Source: the human T2T-CHM13v2.0 reference genome, Homo sapiens
Strand: one strand, 5' to 3'
Length of the DNA stretch: 64,000 bases
Assembly (NCBI RefSeq): GCF_009914755.1
Contig: NC_060929.1
Under the pieces are notes generated by a model. The model was not told where the DNA came from, did no database searches, and worked only from the letters and a program-made list of their open reading frames with translations. The position numbers and the translations under genes are program-made. Positions 10,770-23,380 of the stretch are shown here, piece by piece. The number at the start of each line of letters is the position of its first letter. Positions within the stretch are counted from its first letter, which is position 1.

Positions 10770-13099
10770 TCTAGTAGGTACAGACATTGGGTACATGAAT
10801 CCTCCATATTTTTGGTATCTCACAAGGGCATGTTTGAGCCAGAGGATATCTGGAGGTACCAGGACACTGTACACCAGCTGGGGAACTGTGCACCTTTTGC
10901 TCTCTGTTTCATGGGACAAGGTGCCAATTCAATAGGAAGTTGACGATGGGCATAACACCTCCTGCTGGGGTGAAAAAAGGGTCATAGTTCTGCATATGAC
11001 CTTTCCCTTCTTCTAATACTAGCTCTGTCCTTGCCAAGCAATCCAGATAAAGTTTCCCATGTCATTCTTATTTATATATGGCTTTAGAATTAAATAAGAT
11101 AAAGTCAATAAGGCATTTAGCACAGAACCTGGTATAGAATAATTTTTCATTATCTATCTTATTGTTTTAGCACATTTACAGACTTTATTCTGACTGCGGC
11201 TACCTGAAGACTCCAATAACTTAATTTTCATTTTTCAGACGAGTAGACTGAGAGGCTGTGTGATTTGTCCAAACTTCAGCTAAACTGTAACCCTCCTCAG
11301 CATTTCAGTGTAATAGTTGACATGGCATGCTCAACAAATACCTACTGATCAGAGCTGGTAATTAAGCCTTTCAGCCAGCACTAGTGGCAACAGAGGCAGA
11401 TAAACCCTGACTCCAAGTTGAGTACCTGTCAGCCTTGCCACATTTGTGTTTCACATCATGAGCCATGCTCCCCTAGCTCACTCCAGCCCCTTCCTGATGC
11501 CTCTTCTGACTTCAGAAAAACCTTCAAAGTCATTTCAGTTGTGCTCTCGATCACTGAGTGTGAAAAAATGGGAGTGCTCCATGCTTTCCAAACAAAAACA
11601 AAGAATTTTTCCAAAAAATTCTCAATGACATTTTATGATGTCCTATTGATGAAATGCAGACAAGTATCAACCTCATCAGGCTCACACATTTCCACAGTCT
11701 CATTCCTCTGGTTTCTACTGTTTGGGCTCATGGTGAGCTATCCCTTTCTTATTAAGTAGACAAGAGAAAGAGCTCCTGCTTTCCCCTACAGACCATTTAG
11801 TTGTGGAGCATTTCTCTTTTATAGCATTTGCTTCTTGGTAGTTCCATGGCTAGCTTCCTTCTTCTTTTTGTCTGTTGCCCACACTCTTAGCTTTTAAATT
11901 TTTCATGGGTTTTAGTCTTACACACCTGAGGACAGGTAGTCAGTCTTCAAATCACTAGTCAGTATCACACAAACCTTAATTTTCTAATTGCTAAATACAG
12001 AGTTCCTGGATTGTTCCTTGTGAGTGAATCATGACTCAATGGATTGCGTTAACCTTGAAAATCTCTCAGTAACAATTAGCTATCTTAAAAGAGCAAATAG
12101 GAATAGTACGATGGTAATTTCAAGCTGTAGAAAAATTCCTCAGCAACTCACCTGAACTTCAAGCAACTGTTCTCCCCCAGAATTGAGAATCTGGATTAAG
12201 TGTAAAATAAACTTGCTCTTGTAAAGTTATGTGCTTGTCTTCTGATTACATCTTACTTAAGCGATAAAACTTTTACAGAAAGAGCTACCTGCGTTAGTTG
12301 GAAATCACATATGGGCTTCCCAATGACACCTCTGCTTCCATAATACTGTCTTTTATTAGCATTTTTCCCAAATAGTATTCCTGAAATCCATCACTGTGTC
12401 AAATCCAATACTTTACATACCTTGAAATATGGAAAAAAGAAGAGATTTGCTTCTTTGGTGTGTCAAAAAAATCAAAATTAAAAAGCTCTTGTATCCTGTA
12501 ACCAAACAATAGAAATGGGATATTCTGCCTAAAGCAAGGAGATAGAAGAATTTTGGATTAACAGTGAAAGAAATAATAATATAATTGTAATATACAGATG
12601 GTTCAAGTTCAGACCAATGAAATATCATAAGTTAGAGATTCAGAAATCATTCTTCAGGTAACTTATACACCTTTGTGTAGATGTGTGTTTACATGTGTGT
12701 AAGTTAATTATAGTCAGTGGGATCTAATTAAAGAAATTAATGAAGAGTTTGAGTTATTGAATGTTTTTAAAGAAATGTAAACTACATTGGCTGATGTTTT
12801 AACAAGGAGCTTTGATTTATTATTTTAACTAGCATATATCAGTTGTTGACAAGCCACTGGATAGATAATTTAAATATGCTTGAGGGACTCTGAAAAAAAA
12901 TTCTTATCTTATGCGTACAAATTTATGTGCATAGTTATTTTGCTAGCAATGTCTTTCTTCCCTGAGAGTGCCTAATCCTGTTGAATAATCAAAACTTCTA
13001 AATTAGCAGACAATGGCCAAGACATCACTGCATTTGTAAGTTAAGTTATAGTTTCATCATATGAATACATTTTCTTTTTTTCAAAATAAGTAACCTATT

Positions 13100-13132
<33 letters not shown>

Positions 13133-13172
13133 ACCTGCATGTGTGTCAGAGAGAGGGAGAGAGAGTAAGAGA
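13100..13172. repeat. (TG)n microsatellite followed by GA-rich tract
   Basis: Read directly. Confidence 0.95.
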
Positions 13173-13612
13173 ATCTAAACCTCTCTGTAATTATAGAAAT
13201 TCAATATAAACACAGAAGAAGAGAAAACCACAGCTACCTATACGCTCTCTCTGCCAACCTATGTTGATAATCTCCCCGTACTGTATATCATTTTCTTATT
13301 TTCTAGTTCATGTCAAATGATCCTTTTTAATAAATGTTAATCATTATCTAAAATTATTCCTTGTAGAAATGAAAGTGTTTACTCATCTATTAAATCTCGG
13401 AAAGTTGTGCTGAATCCATTTTTCTTCCAAACCTCAAAAGAGTAAAATTAGCATGACATGGCTTTACTGTGGGTATTTGTTATTTCAAACAAGGTAAGTT
13501 CCATGTCATGACAGAGGAGTTACTAAGGGAAAAATATGTGCTGCAGCAAGCTCAGGCAACAGCATAAGTGCAATAATCTGCATGGTAGAAATGCCACATT
13601 CATTACTAGGAA

Positions 13613-13791
13613 TTTTTGTTTGTTTGTTTGTTTTTTGAGACAGAGTCTCGCTCTGTAGCCCAGGCTGGAGGGCAGTGGCGCCAACTCTGCTCACTGCAAG
13701 CTCCGCCTCTTGGGTTCACGCCATTCTCTTGCCTCAGCCTCCTGAGTAGCTGGGACTACAGGCGTCCTTCACCACCCCCGGCTAATTATTT

Positions 13792-13857
<66 letters not shown>

Positions 13858-13978
13858 TTTAGTAGAGACGGGGTTTCACCGTGTTAGCCAGGATGGTCTC
13901 GATCTCCTGACCTCGTGATCTGCCTGCCTCGGCCTCCCAAAGTGCTGGGATTACAGGCATGAGCCACCGTGCCCGGCC
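13613..13978 (-). mobile_element. AluY-like SINE with (GT)n expansion in the central linker
   Basis: (TTTG)n tail, AluY-type positions, (GT)n at 13793-13854. Confidence 0.95.
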
Positions 13979-15039
13979 ATGGAATGAAAGTTGGTGAGAA
14001 AGGAGATGGTGCCAGTTTTGCTTTCCTGTGAGAACTTTTCAAATTCACTGCAGATGACTCCTCTCTCTGGTGCATTAATGCGGGATATCAGCCTCTGTAA
14101 ACTCACTTTCAGAGAATGGTCTCATTCTAATGAATAGACATGTCTCTAAAATTTGCACGAGAAAATATCTGGATGTATGGCTTTGATGCCATGCATTAGG
14201 AGAGGCTGGTATTCAGAGTAAGCTTGCAGGTAATGTTTTATTACTGAGAGTAATCCAGTGCAGATCAATGTTTTTAACAGTTTAGACTTTCAGACAGCAG
14301 GTTTTCTTAAAGCAAGGTGGATAGTTCCGCTATTTACTGGGCAGTCTCTGGAGAGCCCTTCACGCATGCAAAAGACAAAGCTACCTAGTGTGTTCAGTAA
14401 TACCGAGACCCTACCTATCAGGCAGCAATGGAGTGAGCATTGTGTGCCTGTCTGCATCTCTGCGGATAAAATCTTTGTAGTTTAGAACTCTTGAGGAAAC
14501 TGTCAGATGCAGACTGCTGTGCACTCGGTGCTGTGGGGTGGGTTAAAGGACTTTCAGAAGCTTTGTTTATTCCCTTCAACATTCTGTGAGCCGTTGTTAT
14601 GATACCCACAGTCTAGCTGAGGAAACTTAGACAGTGTAAGCAAATGCATGAAGTGCCGCGGCTCATTAGTGGAATAGCTGGGACACCTGTGTGGCTGCAC
14701 CAAGTAAATGAAGGGGAACAGGCAGGGGATGATGTTAGCCAGCTAGGCAAGGAGCCGCCTCTGCAGGCCACTGTGGGCGTGTGAAGGAGTCTGGCGTGAT
14801 GATTTTCGTACTTGAAGACGTGAACTCACTGAATTGCATTGGTGTGTTATTCAGTTAATGCTTGTCTGGATTAGCCAGCGTCTCTACCCAGTTTTATTGC
14901 TCACTGCTGCTTCCAGCATCCAGTTCCTTTATTCTGAATTCAATTCTTCATCACTGATTTCCTTCAGTTACCAAAAGCCACTGAGTGAGAGCGCGTTCCT
15001 GATCATTTCCCTGTGTCTTGACTTTTCTGATTCCTAAAT

Positions 15040-15199
15040 TGGCAATTATCTGCCTTGAGCACTTTGAAGAAAACTCCTTTTGTTACGAGGAAGACCCTGA
15101 TGTCAGTGAAATTGTCATTCCTTTATGAGTAATCTCTCTTTTCTCTGTTTGCCTTCAAGGCTTTTCTCCTCTGTTTGGTGTTAAGAAATTGCACAGCAA

Positions 15200-15245
<46 letters not shown>

Positions 15246-15680
15246 CTTTATTTATTTATTCTGTTCAGAACTTGGGATGATCCTCAACCGGTCTCTCTTC
15301 AGGCCTGAAAAAAAATCTTTGCCACTACTTTTGGAAAATTGACTCTGGCCCCAAATTCTCCCAATCAGAAATGTGTTCAACTTTCTCCCATTAAGCTGTA
15401 TTCAGTCATTTCCTTAAATAACTATCACTACATCTCTTCATGTCTAATTCTGGGTGATTTCTGCATATTTGTCTTCCAATAAATTCTTCTCTTTTCAAAT
15501 GTATTAAATGTGCTGTTCAACATTTTTTTTTGCTTTTTTAAAAAATCATACTTTTAATTTCTAGAAGTGATCTTTAATTCTTTTTTTATCCTCATTTTTT
15601 CATAGTAACCTGCCTTTCCATCACAAACCCTACACTTTTAAAAAATCTCCTCAATAATTTTCAACATTATTTTTTAAGGT
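15040..15680 (-). mobile_element. Old L1ME 5'/ORF1-region fragments
   Basis: T-rich antisense L1M motifs (CTGATGTCAGTG...ATTCCTTTATGAGTAATCT...TTTTCTCTG); very diverged. Confidence 0.5.
15203..15242. repeat. (GT)20 microsatellite
   Basis: Read directly. Confidence 0.97.
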
Positions 15681-15694
15681 AATTTATATTATTT

Positions 15695-15823
15695 TTATTT
15701 ATTTAGTTTTGAGACAGGCTCTCACTCTGTTGCCCAGGCTGCAGTGCAGTGCCACAATGACAGCTCACTTAGCCCTGAACTCCTGGGCTCAAGTGACCAT
15801 CCCACCTCAGCCTTCTTGGGTAG
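15695..15823 (-). mobile_element. FLAM/AluJ monomer fragment
   Basis: TTTTGAGACAGGCTCTCACTCTGTTGCCCAGGCTG...AACTCCTGGGCTCAAGTGA. Confidence 0.85.
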
Positions 15824-16404
15824 AGTGGGTTTCAAGTGAGTCTCTAAAGGGTGGTTCTGTGTTTCTTTTTTGGTTGCCATGAGGGTATTCCAGCTGTGTG
15901 CCATGTTTCTGACAATTCATTACCCTGATGCATAGGTGACATGCATTCCAGCTGCTTGGTAGGCCCTTGTTACATGTTCTCTGGAAGTACCATTTTCCTT
16001 CCAAGACTCAGGTATAGGCAAGAAAACTAAAGTTGTTTGCTTTTTGAACTAATCAGCATTTTTCTTCTCCACCTTTTCATTGAATATGTAGTCCTTTGAG
16101 GGTCATAATTTTATGCCATAGAGCTTGTGTAGACCCATGGCTTTGATGACACAGATTTGTCACTCCCACCCCCAGCCTTCTTTACCTGTCTTCTGTGCCT
16201 AACAGGAAACTGCAGTGAAAGCTGCTGCCCGTACCCTTCTTTTCAAGGCTTTCTCAAATTTTGGCATTGCTGGACGTTTCTCATGCTTTCCTGATGTATT
16301 TTCTATATATTTAAAAGTATATTTACTAAAATATATCCAACATTTCTGCCTGTTTCTTAGTTTTTCTGTTGTTGTTTGTTTGTTTGTTTGTTTGTTTTTT
16401 GCAG

Positions 16405-16650
16405 GCGGTACAGCACAGTGCCTAGCAGTGTGAACTCTGAAGCCGTTCTGCCTTGGTTCAAATCCCAGTCCCTCTTGGCAGATGCATGAACTTTGGAATG
16501 TTTTAGAACTTCCCTGTTTCAGTTACGCCATCTATAAACTGGAAATTATACTATTACCTGTCTCACAGGGTGGGTAAGAAATAAGTAGGTAAGCATTTGC
16601 AAATTGCTTAGAGCTATTTGAAAGCTCTATGTAAGTGGCAGCTACCATTA
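16405..16650 (+). mobile_element. MIR SINE
   Basis: GAACTCTGAAGCC...GGTTCAAATCCCAG...TTTCAGTT...CATCTATAAA core motifs. Confidence 0.8.
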
Positions 16651-18352
16651 CAATTGTTAGATGCTCAGGTTTTTATAAGGTCAGGTTCCCAGAAATACCT
16701 GTCTCCTTCAATCTAATTTTAATACATAAGCACTCTTCCAACCATGTTTTAAATAATTAGTTCAGCTCTGTGTAACAGAAGTTTTCTTTTACAATGGTTA
16801 TTATGTGCAACAATTGTCTTGTGATGTGCAATTTCCACATCTGCCTTGAAAGGTAGACGTCATCATCTCTGTCTAGAAAATAAGGAAAGGGGAAGTACAG
16901 AGAACTCTCAGAGCCTTGGATTAAACTGAGGATTAAATTCCAGTCCAGCTGATTATAAAGTCCTTATTCTTCCCATTTATTTGGAAAACACATGTTTTTA
17001 TCTCTAGCTTTAGTAATTGCATCTCTTTCAATGACTTATTTATGTAACATAAGACGCTAGACATGTATCCATCCAGTACTCTCTAGTCAGTGCACCTGAA
17101 TTGCTGTGCTCATGGATGGGAAAAGGAGCTATACCAGTGCTGAAATTGAAGATCTAAACCTCTAACAGGATGCAAAACATCGTGCACAGTGGGCAGGGAG
17201 ACGGAATGAGCTATGACTTTAGGGTTGTGATTATAATTGAGAAAAATCTAAGAAGGAGTCCAGATTGTCCAACACCATCACATCACTCAGGTAGTCCTTG
17301 CCTCACCAGCATTTAACTGAATGAAAGAGTAAAATATTTTCAACAGGCATCAGGAAAATCCCATCTAAAACCCCCCATCCTGTCCCACATCCTGATTCAA
17401 AATGCCTTTAAGAAAAGAATAATGAAGATGTAGAGAGCTGGCACAAAATTGATGCCAGCGCCATTCTTAGATGCTTTCTCCCCAATTTGAAAATAAATTC
17501 ATGGCCTTTGGAATGGAAACTTATGGGTTTCCTCAAAAAACACTGTCCCTGGGCGGATGGGACAGCATTTCAGATGCCTTGGAGAACTTCCTCTTGCTCA
17601 GCTGTCATTGTTTCATTTTAGGATAATTGACCAAAATTCTTCACAAACATCTTAAAGTGAATGTTTGCAATTCAATCTGCTTGACAGAACTGGTCGTATT
17701 ACTTGTTTTGGTCTAATATTTTCCTTTGAACTCTTCTCTATGAGGGAATATAATTCCATTCAGTTTTGTTTGCAGGAATGTAAAGATGCATTAAAAATAA
17801 CCACAGGATTGAAAAATATCTTTCTATCTGAATTTCTCCCTCTCATTATTCCCAAAATGTTCTCAATGCTTCTATTTCTGGTGGTGTTCTCTGTCCTCAT
17901 CTGCTGAAAGGTTCAGCCAGATGGGATGAGCTATTTCTCCAAGTTAAGCACCCAGGGTTTTGGCCAAGTAGAGGTGAAAAGACGTTCTGCTGTGGAGAGG
18001 TGGGGGCCAGCAAGAGGACAGATGGGAGGCTTGCACGGTTGTGAGACTGCAGATGATTTGTGGGTGCGTCCCCTATGGGTTTTGTATTTTGTCTTCAGTT
18101 AGTGCTTCCCTTAGAAAAATTATTTCTCTATGAATAAAAATATTTTGAAAGGAGGTAACTACAGCCTTCTGCTCAGCACCTGGTTTCACCATCCTGTGGT
18201 CGGTGAATGTTCCCACTTCAATGTCCTCCACAGACATAGACACCATTGTCTGACCCTCCTCCTCTTTCGAAGCCTCTCTGTCCTTGTTACGTGCACCATA
18301 CTAGCTTATTCCACTTTGCATGAAATAGTTACGTTTCTTCCTATATAACATG

Positions 18353-18471
18353 TACTTGGAAACACTGGCTCATTCTTTCATATCTATATATATGAAAAGA
18401 ATTTCCTTGTGGACAAATTGTATTTGTTTCATATATATATATATGAAAGAATGAACCAATGTTTCCAAGTA
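18353..18471. repeat. Inverted repeat, 45-bp arms with 29-nt spacer
   Basis: 18353-18397 versus reverse complement of 18427-18471: 42/45 identical by manual alignment. Confidence 0.95.
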
Positions 18472-18509
18472 TCTTTATTTTCCTTTCACATACATATGTA
18501 GTGTATATA

Positions 18510-18587
18510 TGTCACAGTGCGTCCTTAACCTTGGCAAAATAAACTTTCTAAATTGATTGAGACCAGTCTCAGATACTTTTGATTACA
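18510..18587 (+). mobile_element. Isolated MER4-type LTR 3' terminus
   Basis: GTCCTTAACCTTGGCAAAATAAACTTTCTAAATTGATTGAGACCAGTCTCAGATACTTTTGATTACA matches the recalled MER4A 3' end including AATAAA. Confidence 0.7.
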
Positions 18588-21377
18588 TATAGTAACTCTT
18601 TTTCCATATTTTAAGAAATTAAGGATGAGTTGTTACAGATAAACGAAGGAAGTCATCATCAGTAGGTGATGTCCAGAAAGAAGAGATTTTCTGCATGTTC
18701 TTGGCACATTCTGGGTGATAGGAAGATAGGCTTTAAGTCACAGAAGTGCTGATTCTTAGATGCTGGTGAATTGATTCAATCCAGCACTAATAAGCAGACA
18801 AAACAAGAGCCGCAAGACACGCACGCCGAGCATCTTGGCTCCCTTTAGGGAAAGTCAAGAAGGAAAATGGAGCAGAGAGCACAAAACCACGTAGCACCAA
18901 TATTGTGAGCCAGAGATATCTGTGTTTCCTTTCTGGTTGTTTAAATATGCTGTCTAGACACATTAGGCTCTAATCTCATTTTCTTTGCTCTGCAAAATTG
19001 CAAGCTGTGGCACTTGCTGAGAAGCTGTCTGCCATTTTCTCCATTCTGAATAGAGATTGAACAAGACACCTGGAAAATGATGTGAAATGCTGGTCTCGGC
19101 AGCAAGAGACATTGCTGCATGGAAAATTCTAGAAACCATGTTGTGAAGATTTGAGTGGGGGAGGAGAGCAAGTAACTAGAGGAGATACAAAGGGAATGCT
19201 TGGCTACTTCTCCCTCTCTCCAGTGCCTGCGCTGCTTTATTGCAGAGCAGGTCGCTGTGGGTGGGGAGAGGGACAGGTGGTTGGTCGCGGCCTTTCATGC
19301 TCCCACCTTTCCTGTGCCACCTCAACTTCCTTCTGCTGCCCTGCCACCTCTTGTTAAGTGAATTTCAGTTGCCTCAAACTGAAGTGCAAATTTAGGTATT
19401 CAGCAAACACATGCCTATGGATATTCCTCCCTCTGCACATGACATCTCCTGCCCCCAGTGACCAGAGGTCACTGCACCAACCAACTCTGAGGTCTCAAGG
19501 CTTATCCTAGAGGGAAGAGATTCGGAGCCTGGAGGCCCTGCCCCATCACCCCAGGCCTAGGGCAAAGCTTTAGGAAGATGCTCTCGTCAGAAAACTGTTT
19601 CATGATTTGAGCTAGTATAATCTTTATGTAACTTGTCTTTTTTTAATTTACTTGAAAATTTAATTCATTAAAGTATACCTGAAGAATGTTACATTTATCT
19701 ATCAGTCTGCATCCTAAAGGCCTCAGCGATTTGGAACTCATCAGTTCTCGGCTTGCTTGTCCCATTGTCCCTAAGCTGAGTTTGAGGAAGGAAAAAAAAT
19801 AAATAAACATAAAAAAGAGTGTGGCCACCTCCTTATAATGTCTTTTCAAAGCAAACCGACCAGGGGTGGGCAAGGGTGCCCTGTTCTGGGCCCCAGCCTC
19901 ATCTGAGGAGCTGTGGCTCAGTCCCCACCCATTGCACTGAAAAGGCTATTCTTTGAGGAATGTACTTTGCCTGGAGTCACCCTCAGCCCCTACCCCAGCC
20001 TCACAGCCACTGAGTCCTGGACACCACATTGGCCTGGGGGCTGCTGGGTAAACCTCCATGCACCCTAGAGCTCCCGTGAAAGGCCACACTCAGCATGGAA
20101 GTCACGGTGTACACTGGGTTTTTGTTTTCAGATGTAATAGGCAAATAGCAAAATAAAAACGTCATGCCAGAAGGGCTAACATTGCAAATATCATGTCGTT
20201 TGCAGTTTCTTCATGTTCCTTGGAAAATGCTTCGCTTTTCCTCTTTTCCTATTATATTTATTTTCTGTATTCCTGTGGGACAAAAGAAACAAACAGTTGC
20301 AAGAGGAACTTACATTCTCTATGTGAAGAGAAAGCAGAGGTCTTAATATAGCTCTGAACTGTCTATAGATTTAATCATCTCACTGGACTCTTTTCTTTTT
20401 ATTAGGCTTTGCAATAAAATCTCCCTGTCCCTGCTGCCAGCCTGGGTGGCCATCAGTCCTTCTGTGCTGACCACATTTCACTGCACTCCCCAGAGAGAGG
20501 AGTCAAGAGAGTAGCCCTCCTGCCACCCACAGGGCGGACTCCAGAGCCAAGCTCATACCTTGGAACAAGGTATGTGAAGGCTCTGCCCATTCTCCTGTCT
20601 GCCTCTTGGGTGGTGGGAATGTGCTGTTAATGCTTATCTGGGATGTGCTGCCATCCACACTGTTGCTGAAGCAGTAATCAGAAGAGGTGCCTGGCATAGC
20701 TCTGTGCAGCGATCCACCCCACCAGCTGCCCCTCAGGATGTGGGTTCGAAAGTCCTTCAAGGATTTTCACTGTAGAGCCTGGATTCCACTGTGAGAGTAG
20801 CACTGCTGGGAAATCTATTAACTGCTCCACTCTGCAGCATTTCCTGAGCATGCTAGTGCTGAGTGCCCTGTGACCATGTGTTCACAGACACAGAGCCAGC
20901 CCGAAGGCCCTCGGAGGCCAGCAGGGGAGGAGGAGACAAAGTGGAAAAGCAGCCATCGGTGGGGCAGGTGCCTCCTGGAGGAGCTCGGAGACCGTGAAGG
21001 AAGGGGCGTCCACGGCCCGAAGGCCTCAGGTGATAGGAGAGGCTTCGAGTGCTGCAAGAGAGTTGGTCTGAGGCAGGACCTTCTTGATCTTCCTAAAGAG
21101 CTCCAGCTTTATTCCACCACCCACAGGGAAGCAGCCAGGACCTAGGGCTGTCACTCAAGGCAGGTAGCAGTGGGCAGGGGCCTGAAACCAGGTGAGGAGG
21201 CCCTGGCAGTGTTCCAGGTGACAGGGAGAAGGCAGCCCAGTGCAGGGAGCCGCAGGGGAGGAGGTGGCTCAGGCTTGACATGGAAAGTCCAGGATCTGCT
21301 GAACACGGGGGTCCTGTGCAACGGATTGCAGGACTTGGAGTCCTCTGGTTTCCTGGAGACTGCGGCCACACTCTTTT

Positions 21378-21753
21378 TTTTATAGACTGAAAGTTTTGTC
21401 CTCCCCGAATTCACATGCTGAGCCTGCACCGCCAATGTGATGGTGTTTGGGGTGGGGCCTTTGGGAGGTGATTAGGTTCAGAGGAGGTCATGAGAGTGGA
21501 GCACGCTTGACAGGGTGAGTGCTCTTTTAAGAGGAGAAAGAGGGCCCAGAGTGTGCTCTCACCCTCCTGTGAGGACACAGCAAGAGGCGTCCTCTGCAAG
21601 CCTGGAAGTGGACCCTCACCAGGAACCCAATCTGCCAGGGCCTCCAAACCTCCCGCTTTCAGAGCTGCAAAAGATAAATGTCTACTGTGTGAGCCGCTGA
21701 GTCCATGGAATTTTGTTTTTGGGCTCCTATAGTAGCCCAAGCCGATTAGGACC
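21378..21753 (+). mobile_element. MLT1A-like MaLR solo LTR
   Basis: CCAATGTGATGGTGTTTGG..GGTGGGGCCTTTGGGAGGTGATTAGGTTCAGAGGAGGTCATGAG and GTGAGGACACAGCAAGA motifs. Confidence 0.85.
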
Positions 21754-22419
21754 CAGAGTTAGGGAAGACAGGATGGGAGCAGGTTGCAGGGAGAAAGAAG
21801 GATTGGACATATTCCATGGGATCTGTGCTGACATCCTCAGGAAGACTTGCCGAGTTGGCTGGGAGGGAGCCTGGAGTTAGAGACATGTTTTCGGGGCTAG
21901 CTGTCTTCAAAGTGCCTGTCACTGCTCTTGGTGATGTGCACATCACCTCCGTGATTCGCGGGAGCCCCTGCACAGCCACCGCTACAAACTCCATTTCAGT
22001 GATAAGGAGAGCTGGGCTCAGTGAGATTGTGGAACTTGCCCAAGGCCAGGATCCCAGAACTGCCTGATTTCAGAGCGGTGGAGGGAATGAGGCACTCCAC
22101 AGTGCGCAGGCTCAACTTTCCATCAGCCACATAGCTGCTATGAAACCACTGTTGTGTCAGACACCCTGACTTTGGGCAGGTGGGGCTGTTGTGACTCTTG
22201 CCAACCTCCGGCCTCCTGTGTCCCCTGAAGCTCCCATCCCTCCACGGTCCACTCCCTGGGAAACAGAATCGATGAGGCATGAGTTCTGATGGGACATGGC
22301 CCCTCTGAGGAAGCAGGCAGCATATTTAACTGGCAACAAAAGGAGGAACAGGAGAGGCTCTAATGCCCACCGGGCCACCCCAGTGGCAACAGTCCCATCA
22401 CCCAGATCTGTGTTCTGGA

Positions 22420-23380
22420 AATGTACGGGACGCAGTCCACGCGTTAGAGATGAGACTGTGACTGTTCACCTAGGTACTCCGGGTGCCGCTCAGGACATTT
22501 CCACCTAGAGGTAGACACCCTCCACCACACACACACCTGCGGGTGGGCCAGATGTGCTAGAAGCTCCCCAGTCTCCTTGGAGAAGCTGCTGTGAGACCAG
22601 ATACTGTGAGACTGTCCTTCACCTGCCAGGTGATGACGTCTTGGCACGACCCCGCTGGCTCATGCCCAGCTCAGTGTGTGGAGTGCCCATGACAGCAGAC
22701 CCATAGGACTCCATCCGCTCAGAGAAATGTCCCGGCCAGCGTTTGGGGGAGCAGGGGCAGCAGTGACCTCCCCTGGAGGCCTCCCAGCGCTCAGAGTGCG
22801 CTCCGGGAACCCCTCTAAAAAATGAGCCTTAAGTCCGCACAGGCTGTCAGCGGCAGCCCCTGGGTCAGACTCCTCAGCTCATTTTCAGACACTTTCCTTC
22901 CTGCTCCAGGCTCTGCATGTTCTTCAGCCCCTTAGCCCAGATTTCAGCCGCTGTGATGGTGGAAATCCAAAAAATGGGCGCGAATAAAAGGGTGTCACTA
23001 TGAGAGTGCGAAAGCCACATCCATATTTGTAAGTGGAAAAATGTGAAGTCTGAACATCTTTAGAGCTTGCAGCGTGCTCTCTGGCAGGAAATGTGAAGAA
23101 TAGCGGCTGGCCTGGCTCTGCCATCCCAGCTGCCAGGGCCTTGCTCCCCGGCTCTCCTTTGAGAACCGAAGGAGGTTCCCTGCCCCTCCGACGCACCAGC
23201 TCCCTCACTCGAAAGACCTAAACTTCCAGCCTCCTCCCGCCCGCCTCGACGGGGCTTTGCCAGTATAGAAACTGCAAGACTTAAAAGGTATCTGCTGGGA
23301 CACGTGGGGGCGAGGGGCCATCAGCCACCCAGTTGCCCAGCCAGGCAGATTGCCTGTTGTTTTTTTGAAAGTGGCCCGAT
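22420..23380. promoter_or_regulatory. GC/CpG-enriched, apparently repeat-free segment; candidate regulatory element
   Basis: Visibly more CpG than the flanks; CACGTG at 23301, TGACGTC at 22634, CCCGCCCGCC near 23237; motif-level evidence only. Confidence 0.3.

Noticed and set aside
13488-13500. Consensus splice donor AAG|GTAAGT
   Set aside because: Isolated motif with no clear acceptor or reading frame; expected by chance in 64 kb
13616-13918. Alu-derived ORFs (also 44996, 47807, 47883, 62580)
   Set aside because: Standard antisense Alu peptides such as [16 protein letters not shown]
19456-19474. Palindrome CAGTGACC-AGA-GGTCACTG resembling an oestrogen response element
   Set aside because: Half-sites are everted relative to GGTCAnnnTGACC, and 8-bp arms occur by chance
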